NCBI GenBank assembly: GCA_965228735.1
Contig: OZ245838.1
Coordinates: 5,888,001-5,952,000 of the forward strand
DNA from: Planctomycetota bacterium
GTDB taxonomy: Bacteria; Planctomycetota; UBA1135; UBA2386
DNA length: 64,000 nucleotides
Direction: 5' to 3'
The translations under genes and the position numbers were made by a program. Each line of letters starts with the position of its first letter. The stretch's first letter is position 1. This document shows, in pieces, positions 55,587 through 64,000 of this stretch. The notes under the pieces are model-generated. The model had not been told where the DNA came from, did no database searches, and saw only the letters and a list, made by a program, of their open reading frames with translations.

Positions 55587-57812
55587 ATGAACTGTCGATC
55601 GTCCGTCCGATCCGCCCTCTTCGCCATCGCTGCGCCCGCGATCGCCGCCGCGATCCCCGCGCAGGCGGCGACCGCGCCGCGGCAGCTCGAGCTCATCGAC
55701 CTGTTCCGCCTCGACTTCTTCATGACGGCCGGCGGCGAGGAGCCGGTCGGCTGGATCGATGGCGCGAGCTACGCGGTGTTTCCGGGGGCGCAGCCCGGCG
55801 GAGGTCCGACCTTGCTGTGGCGGCGCGTCGAGGCCGCGACCGGCAAGTCGGAGGCGTTGGTCGATCGGGACGCGTTGCGCGACGCACTTTCGGAGCATTG
55901 CGCCGAGGACGAGCTCGCGGCGATCGACGAGCAGGGAGCGTGGACGTGGAACGCGGACTACACGCGCTACGTCCTGGCGGTCGGCGGCGATCTCTGGAGC
56001 GGGAGTCGCAATGGCGCGCCGGTGCGCCTGACCTCGACACCTGACGAGGACGAGGTCGGCGTGCAGTTCTCACCCGATGGCCGGACGGTCGCGTTCATCG
56101 CCGACTACGACCTGCATGTCGTGCCGGCTGCCGGCGGCGACGTGCGCGCGCTCACGACCGAGGGGCACGCGGACCTGTTCTACGGCCGCCTCGATTGGGT
56201 CTATCAGGAGGAGCTCTACGGGCGCGGCAACTTCCAGGGCTACTGGTGGGCGCCGGACGGCAAGCACATCGCGCTGCTGAAGCTCGACGAGTCGCCCGTC
56301 GAGGAGTTCGTGCTCGTGCGGTCGCAGCCCGCTCGCCCGGAGATCGAACGCACCAACTATCCGAAGACCGGTGAGCCGAACCCGATCGTCGAGGTCGGGG
56401 TCATAGCGGTGGAAAGCGGGCAGGCGAAGTGGTTCGACCTGTCGCAGTATCCGGCGGACGATCGTCTCGTCGTGCGCGTGACATGGCACCCCGGGAGCGC
56501 GGAGGTGTTTTTGCAGGTGCAGAACCGCGAGCAGACGTGGCTCGACATGCTCGCGGGTCACGCGGGCACGGGGGCGGTGCGCAAGCTGTGGCGCGAGGAC
56601 AGCGATTGCTGGGTCGAGGCCGGCCCCGAGCCCGTCTTCGTGAACGACGGCGCCGAGTTCCTCTGGCTCAGCGAGCGCGACGGGTTCAAGCACATCTATC
56701 ACTACGAGAGCGCCGGCGAGCTGGTGCGCCAGCGCACGAAGGGTGAGTGGCAGGTGAAGGAGCTCGTGGCCGTCGACGAGCAGACCGGGCAGATCTTCGC
56801 GTTGACCGACAAGGACGGGCCGCTCGAGACGCAGCTGTGGTCGTTCGCGCTGGCGGGGGACGATGGTCGTCGGCTGACGGGCGAGGCGGGCACCTACGAG
56901 ATCGACATGGCGCCGGATCACGCGAGCTACATCGCGACCTGGAGTGCCGCGACGAGCCCGCCGGTGCGGTCGCTCATGAAGCCGGACGGCAAGGAGCCGG
57001 CCCGCGTGATCGCGGCGGTGCGCCGCGAGTTCATGCGGCCATACGGGCTCACCCCGCCGGAGTTCCTGCAGATCGGAACGCGCGACGGCTTCCCGATGGA
57101 GGCGATGCTGTTCCGGCCCTACGGGTTCGAGGCGGGCAAGCAGTATCCGGCCGTGCAGTTCTGCTACTCCGGCCCGCACGCGCCGCGCGTGCGCAACGAG
57201 TGGGGCTACCGCGACTACTTCTGGCATCAGTATCTCGCGCAGCGCGGCTACTTCGTGCTCGTGTGCGACAACCGGTCGGCGAGCGGCAAGGGGCGCAAGT
57301 TCGCGAAGGCGTGCTGGCGCAAGCCGGGGCAGAGCGAGCTGCAGGATCTCGCGGACGGTCGCGACTGGCTCGTCGCCCAGGGCGACGTCGATCCCGAGCG
57401 CGTCGCGATCTGGGGGTGGAGCTACGGCGGCTACCAGACGCTCTACAACCTGACGCACAGCACGAAGTGGGCAGCCGGCGTCGCGGTCAACCCGGTCACC
57501 GACTGGCGGCTCTACGACACGATCTACACCGAGCGTTATTTCGGGCTGCCCGCGACCAACGCGGAGGGCTACGAGAAGGGCAGCGTCACGGCGGCGGCCG
57601 GCCAGCTGCACGGCGACCTGCTGCTCATCGCGGCGACGATGGACGACAACGTGCACGTGCAGAACACGCTGCAGCTGCTGCACGCGTTCCAGAAGGCGGG
57701 CAAGGACTGCGATCTCATGCTCTACCCCGAGGTGCGGCACGGCATCGGCGACCTGCAGCAGCAGCTGCACCTGTTCGGCAAGTTCTTCCGGTTCCTGCAG
57801 GAGAGGTTGTAG
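55587..57812 (+). CDS. Secreted dipeptidyl peptidase IV (S9B)
   Basis: DWVYQEE, GWSYGG, DDNVH, C-terminal RHG. Signal peptide present. Confidence 0.92.
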   Translation: MNCRSSVRSALFAIAAPAIAAAIPAQAATAPRQLELIDLFRLDFFMTAGGEEPVGWIDGASYAVFPGAQPGGGPTLLWRRVEAATGKSEALVDRDALRDALSEHCAEDELAAIDEQGAWTWNADYTRYVLAVGGDLWSGSRNGAPVRLTSTPDEDEVGVQFSPDGRTVAFIADYDLHVVPAAGGDVRALTTEGHADLFYGRLDWVYQEELYGRGNFQGYWWAPDGKHIALLKLDESPVEEFVLVRSQPARPEIERTNYPKTGEPNPIVEVGVIAVESGQAKWFDLSQYPADDRLVVRVTWHPGSAEVFLQVQNREQTWLDMLAGHAGTGAVRKLWREDSDCWVEAGPEPVFVNDGAEFLWLSERDGFKHIYHYESAGELVRQRTKGEWQVKELVAVDEQTGQIFALTDKDGPLETQLWSFALAGDDGRRLTGEAGTYEIDMAPDHASYIATWSAATSPPVRSLMKPDGKEPARVIAAVRREFMRPYGLTPPEFLQIGTRDGFPMEAMLFRPYGFEAGKQYPAVQFCYSGPHAPRVRNEWGYRDYFWHQYLAQRGYFVLVCDNRSASGKGRKFAKACWRKPGQSELQDLADGRDWLVAQGDVDPERVAIWGWSYGGYQTLYNLTHSTKWAAGVAVNPVTDWRLYDTIYTERYFGLPATNAEGYEKGSVTAAAGQLHGDLLLIAATMDDNVHVQNTLQLLHAFQKAGKDCDLMLYPEVRHGIGDLQQQLHLFGKFFRFLQERL

Positions 57813-58441
57813 TGGCGAGCGCGTTCGCAGGCCCGCTGTCGCAGTTCTACGGCCAGCCGGGAGACGACATGGAACGGCTCGTCGTCGGCATCGAGACGTG
57901 GCGCGCGGATCTGATCGGCTCGGTCGGGCAGAAGGTCGGTGACCAGCTCGACTGGGACGAACGGAACGGCGCCGCGATGCGCTGCGAGCTCGGCGCGTCG
58001 GGCTGGCTGGCGCTGCAGCTGTTCGCGTTCTACGCCGAGCGCACCGACCTCGAGATGCCGGACACCGTGCCGCCGCTTCTCGAGCTCGACAACGCCTGGC
58101 GCGCGGCGAAGGACGAGAAGTTCGCGCGCAGCCTCTACGGCCAGATCCTCGCGTGCAGCTGCTGGCTGCCCGGCGACTTCCCCGTGACGTTCCGCGTGCC
58201 GATGCCCGACGGCGACAGCGCGGAGATCGGCAGCACGCGCGTGCTCAGTGACCAGCTCAAGTGGCTCAACGAACGCACGTTCGCGGCCGATGCGACCGAG
58301 GTCGCGCGCTGGCAGAGCCTGCCCGCGGAGCCGAGCGGCGACCTGCTCGACGCGGCACGGCGCGGCTACGCGGGGCTATGGGTCGCGGTGCAGAGCGCCA
58401 TCGACGCCAAGGTCCCGCTGGCCGTGCGCGAACTGAAGTAA
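57812..58441 (+). CDS. Hypothetical protein
   Basis: GTG overlapping the peptidase stop codon and GC3-rich codons. Confidence 0.6.
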   Translation: MASAFAGPLSQFYGQPGDDMERLVVGIETWRADLIGSVGQKVGDQLDWDERNGAAMRCELGASGWLALQLFAFYAERTDLEMPDTVPPLLELDNAWRAAKDEKFARSLYGQILACSCWLPGDFPVTFRVPMPDGDSAEIGSTRVLSDQLKWLNERTFAADATEVARWQSLPAEPSGDLLDAARRGYAGLWVAVQSAIDAKVPLAVRELK

Positions 58442-58442
58442 G

Positions 58443-58537
58443 CCCGTACGGAACCTGGTTCATGCTGCCGGCCGCGAGCCCGTTGCCGCGCGGGCGGCGT
58501 TTCGGCGGCCGGCAGCATGAACCAGGTTCCGTACGGG
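58443..58537. repeat. CCGTACGG-family REPIN: 33-bp perfect inverted arms
   Basis: Arms at 58443-58475 and 58505-58537 match the arms of the 3.4-3.6 kb cluster. Lies between convergent genes. Confidence 0.92.
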
Positions 58538-58538
58538 C

Positions 58539-59249
58539 CTACTTCAGGCCGGCGTGGATCTTCTGCACGTCGTCGTGGTCGTCGATCTTCTCGAGGAAGT
58601 CGGCGACTTCGGTGCTGGCCGCATCATCGAGTTCGATCGGGTCCTTCGCGACGTAGCCGAGCTCGGCCGAGGCGACGTCCCAGCCCGCCGCGCGCAGGGC
58701 GTCGGCGACCGTGTAGAGGTCGGGGATGTCGCTGAAGAAGCGGCCGCCGCTCTGCTCCTCGGTCGCGCTCTCGAGCGGCTCGACGTTCTGCGCGCCGGCC
58801 TCGATCGCGACCTCTTCGAGGTCCTTGCCGGTCTCCTCGTGGGTCGCCTCGATGATGCCGCAGTGATCGAACAGGAAGTTGACCTTGCTGCCGAACTGAC
58901 CGCCCTTCCACAGCGCCTTGATGTCACTGCCGGTGCGGTTCCGGTTGTCGGTCATGCACTCGACGATGATCGGCACGTTGTGCGGCGCCATGCCCTCGTA
59001 GGCGATCATCTCGAAGTCGACGGCGTCGCTGCCGGTGCCGGCACCCTTGTTGACCGCGCGCTTGATCACGTCGTTGCTCACGGACTGCTTGCGCGCGGCC
59101 TCGATCGCCATCGCGAGCCGCGGGTTCATGTCCGGATCCGCGGCGCCCATCTTCGCGGCGACGGTGATCTCGCGAACGAGCTTGCTCGTGATCTTCGCCT
59201 TCTTGTTGGCGGTGATCTCTTTGTTCTTCTGCAACCACTGGCGGCCCAT
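58539..59249 (-). CDS. YebC/PmpR family protein
   Basis: DPDMNPRL, YEG..P, IIVECMTDNRNRT, DHDDVQKIH. Confidence 0.92.
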   Translation of the reverse strand: MGRQWLQKNKEITANKKAKITSKLVREITVAAKMGAADPDMNPRLAMAIEAARKQSVSNDVIKRAVNKGAGTGSDAVDFEMIAYEGMAPHNVPIIVECMTDNRNRTGSDIKALWKGGQFGSKVNFLFDHCGIIEATHEETGKDLEEVAIEAGAQNVEPLESATEEQSGGRFFSDIPDLYTVADALRAAGWDVASAELGYVAKDPIELDDAASTEVADFLEKIDDHDDVQKIHAGLK

Positions 59250-59313
59250 GGGCGAGGAGGATCGCCGGGCGCCCGCGTCGAGGCAAGCTTCGAACGCGCC
59301 GGAAGAGTCCGCC

Positions 59314-59329
59314 GGGCACGCCGTTTGCG
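59314..59329 (+). promoter_or_regulatory. Possible sigma54 promoter of the POT transporter pair
   Basis: GGGCACGCCGTTTGCG matches GGCACG-N4-TTGC, 130 nt before the start. Confidence 0.5.
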
Positions 59330-59458
59330 CCTGACGGTGACTTTGCCGTGGTACGCCCTGCGGGGAGGACACTTCCGCCGAATGGAGGTGCCTCGTAGCT
59401 CAGCCGTGGGTAGTGTCAGGCGCCCCTCTTCGACCCGAATTTCGTCAGGAGCAAGAAC

Positions 59459-60940
59459 TTGACCGACTCGTCCGTCCCGGTCCGGCAGGGCCATCCGCCC
59501 GGCCTGTACATGATGTTCTTCGCCGAGCTGTGGGAGCGCTTCTGCTACTACGGCATGCGCGCGCTGCTGGCGCTCTACGTCGTGCAGCAATTCGACAAGC
59601 CGCAGGACGAGGCGTCGTTGTCGTACGGCGCGTTCACGGCGCTCGTGTACGCGACGGGCATCTTCGGCGGCCACGTGGCGGACCGGGTGCTCGGCTACCG
59701 GCGGTCGATCATCCTCGGCGGCGTCATCATGGCCGCGGGCGAGTTCGCGCTGATGATCCCGACGGAGTCCGCGTTCCTGTTCGGGCTCGCCGGCATCGTC
59801 GTCGGCAACGGGCTGTTCAAACCCAACATCAGTTCGCTGGTCGGCAAGCTCTACGAAGAAGGGGACCCGCGCCGCGACTCGGGCTTCACGATCTTCTACA
59901 TGGGCATCAACATCGGCGCGCTCGCGGCGCCGATCGTGTGCGCCTGGGTGTCCACCATGATGGGAACGGTGGGCGCCGATGGCGCCGTCACGCCGGACTA
60001 TCGCTGGGGCTTCGCGATGGCGGGCGCCGGCATGCTGCTCGGCATCATCACGTTCACGCTCGGTGGCGGCCTGCTGCAGGGCAAGGGCGGCACGCCCGAG
60101 GGCAAGGAAGGCCCGATGCCGTTCGTCGGCACGCTGGTCGGTTGCGCAGTGCTCGTGCCGGTGATCTACCTGCTGCTCAGCAACCAGGAAGTCGCGGGCT
60201 ACATCCTGCTCGGCCTCGCGGGTGCGATCATCATCTACCTGATCTACACCGGAGCCAAACTCGGCTCGGTCGTGCTGCAGCGCATCTTCGCGCTGATCAT
60301 CCTGCTGTTCGTCAATGCGCTGTTCTGGGCGTGCTTCGAGCAGGCTGGCAACTCACTGAACTTCTTCGCGCAGGACCACGTCGGCAACCGCGGTGACGGC
60401 GGCTGGTTCCAGTTCGAGTTCTTCCAGTCGGTCAACCCGATCTACATCGTGCTGTTCGCGCCGGTGTTCGCGTGGCTCTGGGTCTGGCTCGACAAGCGCA
60501 AGATGAATCCGTCGATCCCCGCCAAGTTCGGTCTCGGCCTCGTGCAGGTCGGCCTCGGCTTCGGCGTGGTCCTGCTCGCGATCAACATGAGCGAGTCGCT
60601 CTCGACGATCATGTTCCTGTCGCTGTTCCTGGTCTACCTGCTGCACACGACGGGTGAGCTCTGCATCTCACCGGTCGGCCTGTCGATGGTGACCAAGCTC
60701 GCGCCGGCCCACATGACGGGCATCGTCATGGGGGCGTGGTTCCTGTCGATCTCGATGGGCAACTACGTCGCCGGCATCTTCTCGGCGCTCGCCGGTGAGA
60801 CCGCGGTCGAGGGCGAGGGCGCGCCGCTGTCGGGTTACGTCGACGCCTACACGCCGATCCTCTACATGGCCTGCGGTGCCGGCGTGCTGCTGCTGATCCT
60901 CAGCAAGCCGATCAACAAGCTGATGCACGGCATCAAGTAG
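59459..60940 (+). CDS. POT/PTR family proton-dependent oligopeptide transporter
   Basis: ELWERFCYYG, GLFKPN, FYMGINIG, GELCISP. TTG start after AGGAG. Confidence 0.93.
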   Translation: MTDSSVPVRQGHPPGLYMMFFAELWERFCYYGMRALLALYVVQQFDKPQDEASLSYGAFTALVYATGIFGGHVADRVLGYRRSIILGGVIMAAGEFALMIPTESAFLFGLAGIVVGNGLFKPNISSLVGKLYEEGDPRRDSGFTIFYMGINIGALAAPIVCAWVSTMMGTVGADGAVTPDYRWGFAMAGAGMLLGIITFTLGGGLLQGKGGTPEGKEGPMPFVGTLVGCAVLVPVIYLLLSNQEVAGYILLGLAGAIIIYLIYTGAKLGSVVLQRIFALIILLFVNALFWACFEQAGNSLNFFAQDHVGNRGDGGWFQFEFFQSVNPIYIVLFAPVFAWLWVWLDKRKMNPSIPAKFGLGLVQVGLGFGVVLLAINMSESLSTIMFLSLFLVYLLHTTGELCISPVGLSMVTKLAPAHMTGIVMGAWFLSISMGNYVAGIFSALAGETAVEGEGAPLSGYVDAYTPILYMACGAGVLLLILSKPINKLMHGIK

Positions 60941-60997
60941 GCCGCGGCGCAAACCGCGGCGGTAGCCACCACTCCGCACACCCCTCTGAGCTCTCCC

Positions 60998-62968
60998 ATG
61001 TTCACCGGCCACCCCAAAGGACTCTTCCGCCTCTTCTTCATCGAGATGTGGGAACGCCTCGCGTTCTACACGATGGTCGGGGTGCTGCTGCTCTACGCGA
61101 CCGATACCGAAGACGGCGGTCTGGCGTGGTCGAAAGCGGAGGGCAACGAGATCTACGGTCTCTACCTCGCGTTCGTCTACTTCACGCCGTACCTCGGCGG
61201 CCTGATCGCGGACCGGTTGCTGGGGTATCGGAAGTCGGTGCTGATCGGCGGCATCCTGTTCGCCACGGGGTTCTTCCTGCTCTCGACCGGACAGAGCTGG
61301 TCGTTCCCGGTCGGGCTGATCCTGCTGTGCTGCGGCAACGGGTTCTTCAAGCCGAACATCTCCGCGATGGTTGGCAACCTCTACAGCGCTGGGGATCCGA
61401 AGCGCGACGCCGGCTTCAACATCTTCTACATGGGGATCAACATCGGCGCGTTCATCGCGAACTTCCTCGCGGCGATCATGCGCAATGCCTACTTCTGGGA
61501 GGCGGTGTTCTTCGCGGCCGGCGTCGGCATGTTGCTCAGCGTCGTGATCCTGCTCAGCAGCTGGAAGGTGCTCGAGAAGGCCGACATCGAGCCGGGTAAC
61601 AAGCCTGGAGATACGCCGTTCTCCGAGATCATCATCAAGATCCTCGGCCCGGCCCTCGGGCTCGGCGTCGCCGGCTGGTGGGTGGCCGAGTACCTGCTGC
61701 CGGCGGCCGCGACGAAGCTGGTCCGGCCGACCGACTTCGGCTTCCTGATCGGTGCGATTCCGATCCTGTTCTTCTTCGGCACGCTGTCGCGGAAGGCCGC
61801 GGAGGAAGAGAAGCCCGGGCTGAAGGCGCTGATCCCGATCTACATCGCGGGTGGCACGTTCTTCATGGTGTTGCACCTCAACGGCAGCGCGATGACGACT
61901 TGGGCCAACGACAACACGGCGCGCCATCTCGGCGAGCCGGATCCGATCGTGCTCGTCTCCGATTCGATCTGGATCAAGGGCAAGCCCGTGTTTGCCGGGC
62001 CGGCGTTCCCCGGCTACTACGACAACGCTGCGGCCGACGTGCCGCGACCACAGAAGTCCACGATGCTGCCGATCGGCACGGTCGAACAGACTCGCATGTT
62101 CGGTCAGAAGAAGATGGATGCGGCCAACCTGGCCGCGATTGCCGAGAAGCTGCCGAACGACGTGCGTGTCGAGTCGATCCCGATCGCGGGCGACAAGAGC
62201 GAACAGCAGGAGGAGTGGGCCAAATACGCGGTCGAGATCTTCGACAAGGTCACGATCGAAGAGACCACTGACTCCCACGGCCTGCCCCAGATCTCGGTCA
62301 CGGTCGACGATGGTGCCGAGCCGACTCAGGAGGTCGCGTTCGTTCGGAGCGCGGGCGACACCGAGTTCGCGACGTACCTGATCACCCAGGAGAAGTTCGA
62401 CTCGATGTATGCGGGCGACCCGCCGGTCGTCGACGAGGCGGGGACCTATCTGCGTGCCGCCAATCCCGAGCTCTACCAGTCGTGGAACGCGTTCTTCGTA
62501 GTCGCGTTCACCCCGCTCGTCATGCTCTTCTTCGCCTGGACCCTGCGGAAGAAGATCGACTTCAGCACCGCCCGCAAGATTCTCGCCGGCATGGTGATCA
62601 CCGCCCTGGCCGCGTTGTTCATGGCCGGCGCGGGCTTCCTGTCCGACAACGGCGCGATCAAGGTCAGCGGCCTGTGGCTGATGGGCTTCTACGCGATCGT
62701 TACGGTCGGTGAGCTGTTCCTGTCGCCGATGGCGCTGTCGCTGGTGACCAAGCTGAGTCCGAAGCGATTCGTCGGCCTGACGATGGGCGGCTGGTTCTTC
62801 GCGACCGCGGTCGGCAACAAGTTCTCCGGCTTCCTCGGCGTGTTGCAGGGCGCGATGGCGCCCGCGATGTTCTTCCTGGTGATCGCGATCGCCGTCGCGC
62901 TCGTGGCCGGCTACATCCTGGCCGTGCTGCCCAGACTCGACGCCGCGATCAAGAAGTACGGCGCCTGA
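60998..62968 (+). CDS. POT/PTR family transporter with a large soluble insertion
   Basis: EMWERLAFY, GFFKPN, FYMGINIG, GELFLSP. About 180-aa hydrophilic insert. Confidence 0.9.
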   Translation: MFTGHPKGLFRLFFIEMWERLAFYTMVGVLLLYATDTEDGGLAWSKAEGNEIYGLYLAFVYFTPYLGGLIADRLLGYRKSVLIGGILFATGFFLLSTGQSWSFPVGLILLCCGNGFFKPNISAMVGNLYSAGDPKRDAGFNIFYMGINIGAFIANFLAAIMRNAYFWEAVFFAAGVGMLLSVVILLSSWKVLEKADIEPGNKPGDTPFSEIIIKILGPALGLGVAGWWVAEYLLPAAATKLVRPTDFGFLIGAIPILFFFGTLSRKAAEEEKPGLKALIPIYIAGGTFFMVLHLNGSAMTTWANDNTARHLGEPDPIVLVSDSIWIKGKPVFAGPAFPGYYDNAAADVPRPQKSTMLPIGTVEQTRMFGQKKMDAANLAAIAEKLPNDVRVESIPIAGDKSEQQEEWAKYAVEIFDKVTIEETTDSHGLPQISVTVDDGAEPTQEVAFVRSAGDTEFATYLITQEKFDSMYAGDPPVVDEAGTYLRAANPELYQSWNAFFVVAFTPLVMLFFAWTLRKKIDFSTARKILAGMVITALAALFMAGAGFLSDNGAIKVSGLWLMGFYAIVTVGELFLSPMALSLVTKLSPKRFVGLTMGGWFFATAVGNKFSGFLGVLQGAMAPAMFFLVIAIAVALVAGYILAVLPRLDAAIKKYGA

Positions 62969-62970
62969 TC

Positions 62971-63041
62971 GGCGTACCGAACCGGGTGCAAACTGCCGGG
63001 ATCCGAGCTAGCCCGGCAGAACGTACCGGGTACCGTACGCC
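62971..63041. repeat. Degenerate CCGTACGG-family inverted pair
   Basis: GGCGTACCGAACCGGGTGCAAACTGCCGGG...CCCGGCAGAACGTACCGGGTACCGTACGCC. Confidence 0.6.
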
Positions 63042-63049
63042 GAGAACGC

Positions 63050-63691
63050 ATGGTGGAGACGCAGCCGGAGCAGCCAGTCAGCCCATCGCCGGAAGGCGCC
63101 GCGCCGCAGCTCGGGCCGCGGTGGCGGAAGATGGCGGAGAGCAAATACGCGCTCTTCTTCATGTGCCTGCTGTCGTTCGCCGATGCGTGCGTGTCGCCCA
63201 TCCTGCCCGAGGTGCTGTTCGTGCCGCTGTGCCTCATGTATCCGCGCAAGCGCTACGTGTTCGCCGCGTGGTGCGCGATGGCGTCGGTCGTCGGCGGCAT
63301 GTTCGGCTACGGCCTCGGGCTGTGGCTGTGGGAGGCCGGGCTGCGGGAGTTCGCGTTCGACTACATCCCGGGGTTCACGCCAGAGTGGTTCGAGAAGGTC
63401 AGCGCCTGGTACGGCGACCAGGCGTTCCTGTGGGTGTGGCTCGGCGGGTTCACGCCGCTGCCCTACAAGATCTTCACGGTCATGGCGGGCGTGTGTCACG
63501 ACGACGTGAGCTTCCCGGTGTTCCTCGCGGCGTCGATCCTGAGCCGCGTCCCGCGCATCTTCCTGACCGTCTGGCTGCTCGATCAACTCGGTCCGACCGT
63601 GGTCGACTTCCTGCTCAAGCGCGCGAGCCGGGTGCTCCTCGTCCTGCTGCTGATCGTGCTCGGGATCGTGCTCTGGAACCAGTTCGGCTGA
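63050..63691 (+). CDS. DedA/VTT (YqaA-like) membrane protein
   Basis: SFADA.VSPILPE, SVVGGMFGYGLG, FTPLPYKIFT. Confidence 0.88.
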   Translation: MVETQPEQPVSPSPEGAAPQLGPRWRKMAESKYALFFMCLLSFADACVSPILPEVLFVPLCLMYPRKRYVFAAWCAMASVVGGMFGYGLGLWLWEAGLREFAFDYIPGFTPEWFEKVSAWYGDQAFLWVWLGGFTPLPYKIFTVMAGVCHDDVSFPVFLAASILSRVPRIFLTVWLLDQLGPTVVDFLLKRASRVLLVLLLIVLGIVLWNQFG

Positions 63692-63745
63692 ACGGCGACC
63701 CGGGTCGCCGGCCCTGCTCGACTGTCTCCTCGATTGGCCGCTCGA

Positions 63746-63949
63746 TCAGCCGCGCTTCTTCCGCGCCTTCTTCTTGCCGGTCCCCGCGTCGCCGGCACTG
63801 CCGACCCGCCGCCGCACCGCGTCGCGCAGCAAGAACTCGATCTGGCCGTTGATCGACCGCATGTCCTGCTCGGCCCACCGCCGCAGCTCGGCGAAGAGCT
63901 TCGGCGGCAGGCGCAGGAGGAACTTCTTGGGGTCGGAGTCGGCGGCCAT
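63746..63949 (-). CDS. Arc-like ribbon-helix-helix protein
   Basis: KKFLLRL...LRRWAEQDMRSINGQIEFLL. This family typically follows SPFH genes. Confidence 0.8.
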   Translation of the reverse strand: MAADSDPKKFLLRLPPKLFAELRRWAEQDMRSINGQIEFLLRDAVRRRVGSAGDAGTGKKKARKKRG

Positions 63950-63954
63950 CGGCC

Positions 63955-63999
63955 CTAGCCGTAGATCGTCCCCGCGTTGATCACGGGTTGGGTGCCGCG
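63955..63999 (-). CDS. C-terminus of a probable SPFH/band-7 protein (partial)
   Basis: Reads RGTQPVINAGTIYG*, like the QPVxNxGxxY end of SPFH proteins found upstream of such RHH genes. Confidence 0.6.
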   Translation of the reverse strand, partial: RGTQPVINAGTIYG

Positions 64000-64000
64000 T

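Overview
High-GC bacterial chromosomal window. The gene content (FG-GAP and SBBP secreted proteins, ECF sigma factors, a Ser/Thr-kinase-fused sigma54 activator) suggests an uncultured Planctomycetota; this is inference only. It holds about 50 CDS, including a FixL-like PAS kinase with two-component partners, USP and Hsp20, CYTH-CHAD and Ppx, a 1253-aa kinase-TPR-GAF-sigma54 activator, several large secreted proteins, plsY-gpsA-MBOAT-AlgJ/X, a DPP-IV peptidase and tandem POT transporters. RNA features are tRNA-Gly(GCC), followed by a small accessory stretch, and a 6S-RNA-like hairpin. The most notable observations are: (1) the activator is flanked by outward-facing sigma54 promoters with shared enhancer-like boxes; (2) unrelated secreted proteins share Ala|Gln signal-peptide ends, and three also share a C-terminal domain, hinting at a lineage-specific sorting system; (3) a dispersed CCGTACGG-ended REP/MITE family; (4) a perfect 29-bp inverted repeat overlapping the tRNA 3' end. 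No CRISPR array, integrase or transposase was found. All calls are by-eye motif recognition.
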